This document shows, piece by piece, positions 29,596-38,678 of a stretch of 64,000 bases of DNA (its first letter is position 1; each line of letters opens with the position of its first letter). Location of the stretch: NCBI GenBank assembly GCA_041650315.1, contig JBAZLJ010000002.1:65599-129598 (forward strand), given 5' to 3'. Origin of the DNA: Candidatus Woesearchaeota archaeon (GTDB lineage Archaea; Nanobdellota; Nanobdellia; Woesearchaeales; JAGVYF01). The notes beneath the pieces are model-generated. The model saw only the letters and a program-made list of their open reading frames with translations. It was not told the DNA's origin and made no database searches. A program made the position numbers and the translations under genes.

Positions 29596-29747
29596 TTTTA
29601 GATTAAAATTATCGTTAATATTTAAGCATTATTGTGGTTAGGATGTTTATCTTGCCGTAGCTTTGCCGTAGTTTCTGTTAAACCGATTCAAATAGTTCCC
29701 GTCTCAGTTCTGGTGTATCCGTAAAAACGATTCAAGGAGGATACGCC

Positions 29748-29912
29748 ATGATATGCATAATCTGCAACAAGAAAATCGAAGGCAAGGAAGACATCTGCCA
29801 GGAATGCGATAAACTGATGGATCTCTTCTACAGGAAACATCCAGAAGACAAACCGATGGCATTACAGATGTTCCGGGACGCAAAGGAGGATGAAGATGAA
29901 GGCTGGTATTAA
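29748..29912 (+). CDS. small zinc-ribbon protein (54 aa; CxxC...CxxC)
   Basis: aggagg ribosome-binding site 8 nt upstream. MICIICNKKIEGKEDICQECDK... Confidence 0.35.
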   Translation: MICIICNKKIEGKEDICQECDKLMDLFYRKHPEDKPMALQMFRDAKEDEDEGWY

Positions 29913-30153
29913 ATATTATCTGGCGTGGTTTTGCATTTACCTGCCGATAGCCATGAGCTACAAATATCTGGTCAGGGATGAGATAACCACACTGCTCGGC
30001 ATCATCGTGATAGCATTGGCAGTAATACCAGTATTCCTTGCAGTCTTCAAAGACAGACCTAGACTGGACTTGAACTATTCAAGACCCGGCGAATTCAATG
30101 TGCCAGCTCCAGTCATGAGGACAGCGATAAAAGTAATGGGGTGGGACAAATGA
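29890..30153 (+). CDS. small two-TM membrane protein
   Basis: ORF in tight overlap with its neighbours. Confidence 0.4.
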   Translation: MKMKAGIKYYLAWFCIYLPIAMSYKYLVRDEITTLLGIIVIALAVIPVFLAVFKDRPRLDLNYSRPGEFNVPAPVMRTAIKVMGWDK

Positions 30154-30485
30154 ACCTGAAAATATTATGGGACACGTTACTGCTCATGATGGTTGTCGGC
30201 ACAGTATTCATGCCCGCCGTCTCCGCAGTGACTTTCACAGGACCGACCGCAAGCGACATCAGCACCTTCAACGACATACTCTCGCCATTGATGAAATTGT
30301 ACAACTTCGTGAAATACGCAGCCACAGTCTTAGCTGTGCTGTATCTCGTATTCGCAGGCATATCTTTCATCATGGCGAGCAATGACCCGAGACAGAGAGA
30401 ATTAACCAAATCAATGGCGAGCTACGTCTTGGTAGGATTGGTAGTAGTCTGGGCTGCGCCGATGATGGTGGAGTATCTGCTGTGA
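30141..30485 (+). CDS. VirB2/TrbC/TedC-like conjugative pilin candidate
   Basis: Signal peptide ending AVSA, then two hydrophobic helices separated by a short charged loop (SNDPRQRELTKS). About 90-aa mature length. Confidence 0.45.
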   Translation: MGQMNLKILWDTLLLMMVVGTVFMPAVSAVTFTGPTASDISTFNDILSPLMKLYNFVKYAATVLAVLYLVFAGISFIMASNDPRQRELTKSMASYVLVGLVVVWAAPMMVEYLL

Positions 30486-31390
30486 GAAAACTTATTTTTC
30501 TCTTATTTTTTGTACTACTCATCATACCATCAGCTTATGCTTCAAGCAACAGCGATTGGTGGGATGTCGTGGACGAGTTCTATGACATCGCAGACTACTT
30601 CATCGAGAAGATTGTCGAGTTCATGTTCGCTTTGATACAAGGTGCGACAAGACCATTCCTATCATTGATTGAAACATTGCTAAAATCCGAAGTATCTATC
30701 ACCCCTTTTCAGAGCCTATGGCGTTCATTGGCGTACGTCGTCAGTATGTTCTACGGCTTGCTTTTCCTTTACGCAGGATTGCAGTTCATCACCTCCGGCA
30801 ATGATCCAGCGAAACGGACAGATGCAAAGACGTGGCTCAAGAATACATTTGTGATGATTGTCCTAGTCCAAGCTTCGTACTATCTTTACCAACTGACAAT
30901 GCAGATATCATCAGCTCTGACAACAGCGATACTGAAAAAGTGCTGGGTAAGCTTTTTCACGATAACCTATGACGTTTTCACTAATCTCAGCATGGAGTAT
31001 ATGTTCATCACGTTGTATATCATAATCCTGCTAGTTACAATCCTATTGTTGGCAATCCGTTACATCTTCGCATCAATCGGCGTAGTCTTTGCCCCGATAG
31101 GAATCTTTCTCAGCTTCATCCCACCATTGCAGAGCTATGGCAAATTGATAATCAACAGCCTAGGAATAATGGCGTTCATCCCATTCGTCGATGCAATCAT
31201 CATCCTCGCATCATCGCAGTTATTATTCACGCCAGTCTTTTCAAGCATGCAGATTCTGGTCAAGATAGTGGCGTTTTTGATAATCGATTTCTCCACAATC
31301 ATGCTCTTCAGATTGGCAGTCACCAAATCCGCATTCGATTCAGTCACAGGCGGAGTCACAAAAGTGATCAAATACGCATCATTGCTCTAA
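30482..31390 (+). CDS. VirB6/TrbL/CedA-like polytopic membrane protein
   Basis: 302 aa with at least 6 TM helices, translationally coupled to the pilin-like gene and the VirB4-like gene. Confidence 0.45.
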   Translation: MRKLIFLLFFVLLIIPSAYASSNSDWWDVVDEFYDIADYFIEKIVEFMFALIQGATRPFLSLIETLLKSEVSITPFQSLWRSLAYVVSMFYGLLFLYAGLQFITSGNDPAKRTDAKTWLKNTFVMIVLVQASYYLYQLTMQISSALTTAILKKCWVSFFTITYDVFTNLSMEYMFITLYIIILLVTILLLAIRYIFASIGVVFAPIGIFLSFIPPLQSYGKLIINSLGIMAFIPFVDAIIILASSQLLFTPVFSSMQILVKIVAFLIIDFSTIMLFRLAVTKSAFDSVTGGVTKVIKYASLL

Positions 31391-31391
31391 T

Positions 31392-34300
31392 ATGTCCTAC
31401 GAAATCCCTGCGGAACTTGAATACAAAGAGATAATCATGTTCGGACTTACATTCATGCAGTTGCTCTACGCAATGGTTTTCCTAGTGCCTATTGCCATCA
31501 TCCTGAAATCCGGCATCGATTACACAATCCAGGCAGTCATCATCGCATTGCTCGTCGGAATCGCTCTCATGTTCATGTTCTTCAATCTCACAGAGAAGCT
31601 CAAGGAGATGTGGCAATACATGAAGCTGAAGACCAAGTACCAAAGATACCTAGAGACTGACCAGAAAGTCGCCGTCCTAAAGATAAAGCCGATTAATTTC
31701 ACGATAAAGACTGACGAGGAGAAGCAAGTCATCATCAAGACGTTCAGGAAATTCCTTAACTCGTTGAACTTTCCGATACAGATACTCATCAAGACAGAGC
31801 CGTTGCTATTGGACAATTATCTGAACCAACTGCATAAGAAATCCTTGAATAAGGAGCTGGTCGCTGGCATGAAGAAACATCTTAGCGAGACTCTGAGTGA
31901 TAAAGTCTTGAACAAGACGTTCTACATAATCATCCCAGAGAAAACCGGATTGGAGAAAAGGCAGTGCATCGAGAAGCTCAAAGACCTCAACCTCAAAGTC
32001 GATGAAGCCAAACTGCCTGCAGAGAAATATTACAAAATCGATATAACGTCGGCAGACTTCAAGATAAAGCAATACCATACGATAATAGCGGTCAGAGGCT
32101 ATCCGAGATTTGTCGAATCCGGATTCCTCGACAAAGTAGTAACTTCGCAGGGCTATTTCGATATAAGCATCCATATCGAGCCGGATTCGATTGAGCATAC
32201 CATGGTCACGCTCAATAAAGAGTTGCAGAAACAGAAAGCCGATCTCTATTCTGCCGAACTCAAAGGCGTAGTATCGCCATCTCTCGAAATCAAGTACAAA
32301 GACACAAAGAGCATCCTTGAGCAGTTGCATAAAGGCGAAGAAAAGCTGTTCAATGTTTCAGTCTATGTCGAATGCAGAGCATCGACCAGAGAAGAACTGA
32401 GAGACCTTGTGGCGAAAATCCAGTCCGAGCTTAATGCGTTAATGATGGATTCCAAGATTCCTACTTATCGGATGATTCAAGGCTTGAAATCAGTCTTGCC
32501 GTCAGGCATTGATGCGTTGAACATCAAGCGAAACATAACAAGCAACGCCCTTTCGGCATTCTTTCCTTTCACATCCCCATTCCTTGAAATAGATGATGAC
32601 GGCATCTGGCTCGGCTTGAATAAGAACAACATTCCGGTAATAAAAGATGTATTCAAGCAATTCAATCCCAATGGTTGTATCTTAGCATCATCCGGCTCAG
32701 GCAAATCATACACCGCTAAACTAATCATAAGCCGTTATATTTTGAACGGGACTAAAGTCATAGTCATAGACCCCCAATGCGAATATAAGCAACTCGTGAA
32801 GCATTTTAACGGGCAATGCGTTGAGATTAGCAGGACTTCTGAGACCGTGATTAATCCATTAGACCTAGTAGGACACGAATATCCAGACAAACGTCTGTCA
32901 TTGATGGGCTTGATTCCAGTCATGTTAGGCGAACTGACGGAATCGCAGAAATCATTGATGGACAAAGCCATAACCATGGCATACCAAAAGAAGGGCATCA
33001 GCATAGATGAAGCCACATGGAGCAATATGTGTCCCATGATGTCCGATGTGCTCGATGCCCTCAAAACAATGGAAAGAGGGGCAAATACCTTTGAGAAAGT
33101 CTCCATTAAGTCTCTGATGAACAGGGTAGAGATGTATGTCAATGGCGTATTCTGTTTCCTCAATAAGCAGACGAAGCTCGATTTCAACAACAATTTCGTA
33201 TGCTTCGATATATCCAAGATGCCTAAATTAGTGCAACCAGTGATGATGTATCTGATTCTGGACTATGTCTACATGAAGATGAAGGCGGACATAAACCGCA
33301 AACTGCTTGTCATCGATGAAGCATGGACGCTTCTAGGCAGAGCAGAGGATTCCAATTACATATTCGAGATAGTCAAGACTTGCAGGAAATTCAATATGGG
33401 GCTTCTCTTAATCAACCAAGAGGTTGAAGGATTATTGACCTCAAAAGCCGGAAAGTCTGTGCTTGCCAATACATCATACACATTCCTGATGAAACAGAAG
33501 CCTGCTGTCATCAAAGATATCCGAGACACGTTCAATCTCAGCCCTGCAGAAAAAGACTATCTCCTGACTGCTTCCATCGGCGAAGGGCTGTTGATAATCG
33601 GCGATGAGCATACTGAGCTTAAAGTGGTCGCATCTGCTGAAGAGCATAAGCTGATTACAACCAATGCGGATGAACTATTGAAGCTCGAAGCAAATGCTAT
33701 GAACCCTGCTTTCAGGAAGGACGTGGAGATCAAGCTGGACTTGTCCAGCGATGTCTACCGGAAAGCGGATTTGAGCGAGGATGATGTGAAGTATTTGGTT
33801 AGGAACGGATATGCTGAAGAGCAATGCAGAGCGATAGAGGCGAAAAGACAGGAAGCATATCTCGTGAAGAAAAAGAGATGCGAAAGTATGCCCCACGTTT
33901 TCTTAGTTTGGGAGATTGCGAATTATCTAAAAAAGTATACTTCTGAAATCAAAACTACATCAACATCTGTGGCAGATATTATTGTCCAAACGCCAAAGGG
34001 CGAATTCGCTATTGAGATTGAAACGGGCTATTTCTTGAAACACAACAAAGCAGAATTATTTGATAAAGTAAAGGCATTGAATGAAAAGTTCGGCTCAAAT
34101 TGGTGCTTTGTTGTGACTGACAATGATATAAGAAAACAATATAGGCGATTAGGGAGAACATATACACGGATGGATTTATCGAGATTAGTGCAAGAAATTC
34201 CCCTCTCACCCCCTCAAATTCTGGCGTTTAAAGCTTTATCCCCCTCAAACTCTGCGAATTCGCCCGCAGGACTTACCATTCATACAACCAACACGGAGGT

Positions 34301-34484
34301 ATCTAAAATGAACGACCAACAACCTAAGAACGATAAAAACGAACCGACTAAAGAATACAACGATCAACCGATTCTCGAAACGCGAATTAGCTTGAGCAAG
34401 GATGGGAAATATGTCATACACAAGACAATCATCACAGACATAAAACCGATTGCATATATGCAAAAAGTACTGGGCTCAGAATGA
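31392..34484 (+). CDS. VirB4/TrbE/CedB-like conjugation ATPase with N-terminal TM anchor and C-terminal extension
   Basis: Walker A ASSGSGKSYTAK and Walker B LLVIDEAWTLL. 1030 aa. Confidence 0.7.
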   Translation: MSYEIPAELEYKEIIMFGLTFMQLLYAMVFLVPIAIILKSGIDYTIQAVIIALLVGIALMFMFFNLTEKLKEMWQYMKLKTKYQRYLETDQKVAVLKIKPINFTIKTDEEKQVIIKTFRKFLNSLNFPIQILIKTEPLLLDNYLNQLHKKSLNKELVAGMKKHLSETLSDKVLNKTFYIIIPEKTGLEKRQCIEKLKDLNLKVDEAKLPAEKYYKIDITSADFKIKQYHTIIAVRGYPRFVESGFLDKVVTSQGYFDISIHIEPDSIEHTMVTLNKELQKQKADLYSAELKGVVSPSLEIKYKDTKSILEQLHKGEEKLFNVSVYVECRASTREELRDLVAKIQSELNALMMDSKIPTYRMIQGLKSVLPSGIDALNIKRNITSNALSAFFPFTSPFLEIDDDGIWLGLNKNNIPVIKDVFKQFNPNGCILASSGSGKSYTAKLIISRYILNGTKVIVIDPQCEYKQLVKHFNGQCVEISRTSETVINPLDLVGHEYPDKRLSLMGLIPVMLGELTESQKSLMDKAITMAYQKKGISIDEATWSNMCPMMSDVLDALKTMERGANTFEKVSIKSLMNRVEMYVNGVFCFLNKQTKLDFNNNFVCFDISKMPKLVQPVMMYLILDYVYMKMKADINRKLLVIDEAWTLLGRAEDSNYIFEIVKTCRKFNMGLLLINQEVEGLLTSKAGKSVLANTSYTFLMKQKPAVIKDIRDTFNLSPAEKDYLLTASIGEGLLIIGDEHTELKVVASAEEHKLITTNADELLKLEANAMNPAFRKDVEIKLDLSSDVYRKADLSEDDVKYLVRNGYAEEQCRAIEAKRQEAYLVKKKRCESMPHVFLVWEIANYLKKYTSEIKTTSTSVADIIVQTPKGEFAIEIETGYFLKHNKAELFDKVKALNEKFGSNWCFVVTDNDIRKQYRRLGRTYTRMDLSRLVQEIPLSPPQILAFKALSPSNSANSPAGLTIHTTNTEVSKMNDQQPKNDKNEPTKEYNDQPILETRISLSKDGKYVIHKTIITDIKPIAYMQKVLGSE

Positions 34485-34543
34485 GCCCACATTATTCTAT
34501 TTTAACATAAAGTATAAATACTCTGATTAAAATTAGGTTAACA

Positions 34544-35716
34544 TTGAAAAAAAGAATTCAAATTTCGGAAATAATGCCGATATTATCTAAAGCGATTAAT
34601 CAAAATAAATTAAGTCCTAATGTCCCTCATTATTATACCAGAATATTTACTTATTTTGATGAAATTGAAATTCCTGAAACATCATTTATGCAGACATTAA
34701 AATCCATATCATCCATCCTTAACGAAATAGATCAACACCACTTTAAAAGTCCAGAAGACTATTTTTTGTATATTATTAGTATTTGTGAACATATTACTTC
34801 AAAGATTTTTCAAAAAAGTATTAATCAAAAGGAGATATATGAAAAATATTCCACTCAATTTAATCAAATCGTAGATTTAATTAAAGAAATATATTCAAAA
34901 TTTGAAGATTCTTTTGCACAATCTCGAACAAATGAATATAATTCTTTCAAGGGGAATAATACTTCTTCCAAAATTGAATTAGAATTTGATTTAACTAGTG
35001 AACTGGACATTAAAAAAGCAATAATCAAAGAATTTGTTCTCCCCTACAAATATGAGATTAAAAAAGATAAAGTAATTAATAGGGGATATGTCCCGATAAT
35101 TTATCAAGGAAAAATAATTTATCAAAGTGAATCCAAATCATTTAGAGGGCACATAATTGAAAATGAAATCACCCCTATGGGATATCCCTTTTATGGAATA
35201 GACATAATTCATCCTAAAAATGAAAATGAGTTTATAGAATTTGTCAATGAATTAATTGCCATATTTAAACATAATATTGAACAGAGAAAGGGATATAAAC
35301 TATTATGGAATGGAACAAAAAGTAAGCCTGAAGAAGAAGTACAAATCTTTTTTGATAATCAAATTATAGAATTAGCCCAAAGAAGAGGCATTGAAGTCTC
35401 TCGAGAAAATGAAACGGGGCGCGGTCCAGTTGATTTTAAGTTTATTGAATCAGTAGAACATAAAGCACATCTTGAAATCAAAAAGGCGTCTAATCCTAAA
35501 TTAATAAAAGGGTTATCTAAACAATTAGTTACTTATTTAAAAGCGGATAAATTAGATATAGGTTTTTATCTAATAATTCAATTTTTTGACAATGAGGATA
35601 AAATTATCAATACGTTTAAACAACAAATTTCAAAATTAAGATTAGATAATAATATAAAGATATTTACTATATTTATTGATGCAAGAAGAAATAAAAAATC
35701 TGCATCAAAATTGTAA
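34544..35716 (+). CDS. hypothetical protein with candidate C-terminal PD-(D/E)xK nuclease motif
   Basis: Very AT-rich. ...ENETGRGPVDFKFIESVEHKAHLEIKKAS gives a D...ExK arrangement. Confidence 0.4.
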   Translation: MKKRIQISEIMPILSKAINQNKLSPNVPHYYTRIFTYFDEIEIPETSFMQTLKSISSILNEIDQHHFKSPEDYFLYIISICEHITSKIFQKSINQKEIYEKYSTQFNQIVDLIKEIYSKFEDSFAQSRTNEYNSFKGNNTSSKIELEFDLTSELDIKKAIIKEFVLPYKYEIKKDKVINRGYVPIIYQGKIIYQSESKSFRGHIIENEITPMGYPFYGIDIIHPKNENEFIEFVNELIAIFKHNIEQRKGYKLLWNGTKSKPEEEVQIFFDNQIIELAQRRGIEVSRENETGRGPVDFKFIESVEHKAHLEIKKASNPKLIKGLSKQLVTYLKADKLDIGFYLIIQFFDNEDKIINTFKQQISKLRLDNNIKIFTIFIDARRNKKSASKL

Positions 35717-35717
35717 A

Positions 35718-36707
35718 ATGGCTGAAAAAATAGTTAATCCCGAAACCAAAGAAATAATTATCAAGTGCAGTAGTGATTTAGAATTAAATAGCTATTCTAA
35801 TTTTTACGATGCATTTGGAGATTTAACTATTACTGAAATAGTTAATAATTTTAATATAGTTAGATATAGTTTATTTGAAAGATATTATTTGTCCGATAAA
35901 AGCTTTAAAGAAACAATTAAAGTGATGAAACAAAATATCCTAAAGCTTCAATCGCAATGGGATACTTTTACACCATTAAAACCTAGAATAATTGATATCG
36001 AAGATTTTAATGCGGGATTTAAATTTACTATTATTAAAAATATTAAAAAGAAAATTAAGGATAAATTAGATAATCTAGAGATATCAAGAAAAGGTACGGA
36101 TTTTGCATGTGTTGTTTATATCTATAAAAAAGAAAATAATAAAGTGGGGATTTTATTTTCGAATTATAATTATAGTAATTCTAAATTACTTGATTATCTC
36201 TCTAAAGAATTGGTTGAAAGGCTTATTTTCGAAAATCTTAGGCCTGAGAAATATAAATTAATTGAATTGGTAGATCGTTTAAATAAAGTAATTGGAATTA
36301 AATTTGACCCTGGGTACTTAGTCCCAAAAAAGATTAAAGATAAATTACAAGAACAAGATAAAATTAGATTAATCTCTAATTCTATAAAATTAGAGAAACA
36401 AGAAATTAGATTATTAGATTTAAAATCATTTGAAGAGTTTAATATTCTTATCTCTGATATTAAGAATAAAAAACGTGATATAGAGCAATTAGAGGGGTAT
36501 TTAGATTTAATTCGAATTAAAATTGAATCTTTGGATAAAGGCACTAAAACAGTAATTACGGTTTGGTCAAATAAATTAAATGTTGAAAGTAAAGGGGAAT
36601 TTGTTTATTTAATGGGTTTTTTAAAACAATTATTTTTAAAACAGAAATCAAATCATAAAAAAGAGATTATACAAAAAACAATTAAATCTAGTCTTATCGC
36701 TCATTAA
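35718..36707 (+). CDS. hypothetical Lys/Asn-rich protein, apparently co-operonic with the preceding gene
   Basis: ORF. Start placed at the ATG two nt after the upstream stop. Confidence 0.35.
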   Translation: MAEKIVNPETKEIIIKCSSDLELNSYSNFYDAFGDLTITEIVNNFNIVRYSLFERYYLSDKSFKETIKVMKQNILKLQSQWDTFTPLKPRIIDIEDFNAGFKFTIIKNIKKKIKDKLDNLEISRKGTDFACVVYIYKKENNKVGILFSNYNYSNSKLLDYLSKELVERLIFENLRPEKYKLIELVDRLNKVIGIKFDPGYLVPKKIKDKLQEQDKIRLISNSIKLEKQEIRLLDLKSFEEFNILISDIKNKKRDIEQLEGYLDLIRIKIESLDKGTKTVITVWSNKLNVESKGEFVYLMGFLKQLFLKQKSNHKKEIIQKTIKSSLIAH

Positions 36708-36932
36708 ATCAAGTTTTATAGTTTAAATTCATATTCCCCCATCTTTTTCTCTCTCTGCACCTTTTCCAAGCATATTTTCTCTTTTCGGCACGTTCTGAAG
36801 TTCATTGTGTTTTCCCTTCCGCATATCTTCACAAGGCATACGATTTGTGGCAAAAGGTCGCTTCTCGGCTAAAACATCATGACTTCCTCTCTGCAAGGCA
36901 CCTCTAGAAAAAATGCATGGAGGTGCATTAAA

Positions 36933-37034
36933 ATGATAGAAAAAGACCATTTTTGCGAATATGAAATAGCTGGAGAACTGATTCTCTGCGGAATATGCGG
37001 TGCAGAGCACCACATTAAGGGTGATGTCCAATGA
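36933..37034 (+). CDS. 33-aa zinc-finger-like peptide (C..C....C..C..HH), translationally coupled to ardA
   Basis: ggaggt ribosome-binding site. Its stop overlaps the ardA ATG (ATGA). Confidence 0.3.
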   Translation: MIEKDHFCEYEIAGELILCGICGAEHHIKGDVQ

Positions 37035-37534
37035 GGATTGCCATCACCGATTTGAAAGATTACAATGAAGCCATTCTCAGATTCGAATGGCTTAATCTCG
37101 AAAACTGCTCAACTGCAGATGAAATCGGATGTTTCATCAACAGATTCCTTGCAAAACGGAGCAGGGAAACCGGTGAACTCCATGAAGAATGGTTCGTAAC
37201 AGATTACGAAGAATTCGTTGATCTCGGTGAGTATCCTTCTATCGAAGAACTTGCCGAAGCAGCCAAACTTAGCAAACTGCATGGCTGGGAAGCGGTTTCA
37301 GCATATTACGGCTATAACCGCTCCTTTGACGGTTTTGATGATGCTTATTCTGGCATATATGAAAGCGAAGAGGATTTCGCCTATGATATAGCTCACGAAT
37401 GCTATAGCGAGAAAGAACTAGGCAAACTTGAGCTGTATATCGATTGGGGGAAGTACGCTAGAGATTTGTTTATTGGCGATTACTTTAGCGAAAAACTTGA
37501 ATCATTCAAAATTGCAGTATTTAGACGAATTTAG
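37031..37534 (+). CDS. ardA: ArdA-family anti-restriction protein
   Basis: 167-aa acidic protein. N-terminal IAITDLKDYNEAILRFEWL, central EWFVTDYEEFVDLGEYPSIEEL and C-terminal YIDWGKYARDLFIGDYF align to the ArdA proteins of conjugative transposons. Confidence 0.7.
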   Translation: MRIAITDLKDYNEAILRFEWLNLENCSTADEIGCFINRFLAKRSRETGELHEEWFVTDYEEFVDLGEYPSIEELAEAAKLSKLHGWEAVSAYYGYNRSFDGFDDAYSGIYESEEDFAYDIAHECYSEKELGKLELYIDWGKYARDLFIGDYFSEKLESFKIAVFRRI

Positions 37535-38007
37535 GGCAATGAATATCCTGCATCAAAATAAGCTTGCATATCTGCAGGAACTCTTTGTTTGATTCTTTTT
37601 GAATCTTGTAATTTACCAATTTTAAATCCGTATTCTATTAAATTCCACCAATATTTATTAGAATTAATTCTAGAAACGGGTCCCCAAGCAGTTGAATCTT
37701 CAGTTAGATCTTTCAAATATTCTGGAACTTTATCTGATTTTTTAAATGTGATTCGTAATTCAGGTCCGAATTTATCTACCGAATCTAATTTTCTATAATC
37801 ATCACTAGAAGCTACATCTTCGCCAGATTTAGATTTATATTTAACTTCAAAGGCATCTTCTGATTTTTGAGGTACTTCTGCCCATAATTGAGTTTTTCTT
37901 TTAGAATTTGCTAAATAACCTACTGATTCAAAAAAAGCCTCATCTTTTTTCTTCCAACCTACTGGTTTTTTTAAACTACCATCCGGATTAAATTCATATA
38001 AACCCAT
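37531..38007 (-). CDS. hypothetical protein, last gene of the methyltransferase/helicase operon
   Basis: ORF; no motif recognised. Confidence 0.35.
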   Translation of the reverse strand: MGLYEFNPDGSLKKPVGWKKKDEAFFESVGYLANSKRKTQLWAEVPQKSEDAFEVKYKSKSGEDVASSDDYRKLDSVDKFGPELRITFKKSDKVPEYLKDLTEDSTAWGPVSRINSNKYWWNLIEYGFKIGKLQDSKRIKQRVPADMQAYFDAGYSLP

Positions 38008-38015
38008 TATTTCAC

Positions 38016-38678
38016 CTATTTAGATAAATATTTAATAAATTCTTCAACTGAATGAACTTCATCATCATCAAAATCAAATGATACCATCTTCTCAATACCG
38101 CCCCTTATTTCGTATTCTTCAGCAATGTAAGTTTTTTTAAGATCTATTTTAATAAAATAAGTTTCTTTTTCTTTATCACAAGTATGGGCTACCCATATAT
38201 CCATTTCAGGATGTTTTTTCATATACTCTATTTTATCCGGTCTTAACCATAATTCCTTACCACAACCGATTTTGCCAGTAACTTCTAAATAAAGAGTCTT
38301 TTTGCCGAATTTCATAATTACATCTGGTCCACCTTTCTCGATTGGATGTTTAAGTATAATTTTAGTGGAATCTGTGCCAAATCCAATATCTTCAAAAGTA
38401 ACACCTTTAATTTTATCTTGAATTAGTGAAAATACTTGTTTTTTTCTTTCTTGTTCTTTTTCCCAAGAATCTTTATATTTTAATTTCCAAACATAATCAA
38501 TAACATCCGAAAGTTTTTTAGTATCTATAACTGAACCCATTTCTAGTTTAATTCCGCTCAAGCGTTCAATATCAGGGGTCCGAGTGATATATGTTGCCTT
38601 AAAGAATTTCCCATCTACATAGATACTAATTCTATCTTTATTGCCCGTCTGAATTCTTATATCAGTTATTTTGCTCAT
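38016..38678 (-). CDS. hypothetical protein (weak PD-ExK-like pattern GPDVIM...LYLEVTGK)
   Basis: ORF overlapping the methyltransferase stop by 17 nt. Confidence 0.35.
   Translation of the reverse strand: MSKITDIRIQTGNKDRISIYVDGKFFKATYITRTPDIERLSGIKLEMGSVIDTKKLSDVIDYVWKLKYKDSWEKEQERKKQVFSLIQDKIKGVTFEDIGFGTDSTKIILKHPIEKGGPDVIMKFGKKTLYLEVTGKIGCGKELWLRPDKIEYMKKHPEMDIWVAHTCDKEKETYFIKIDLKKTYIAEEYEIRGGIEKMVSFDFDDDEVHSVEEFIKYLSK

Noticed and set aside
36729-37031. 100-aa minus-strand ORF
   Set aside because: Runs antisense through a GC-richer intergenic segment that contains a well-placed plus-strand ribosome-binding site and a 33-aa ORF coupled to ardA; likely spurious.
38016-38678. Confident restriction-endonuclease call for the 220-aa ORF
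   Set aside because: The PD...E-x3-K spacing is atypical, so it was kept as hypothetical with only a weak nuclease-like hint.
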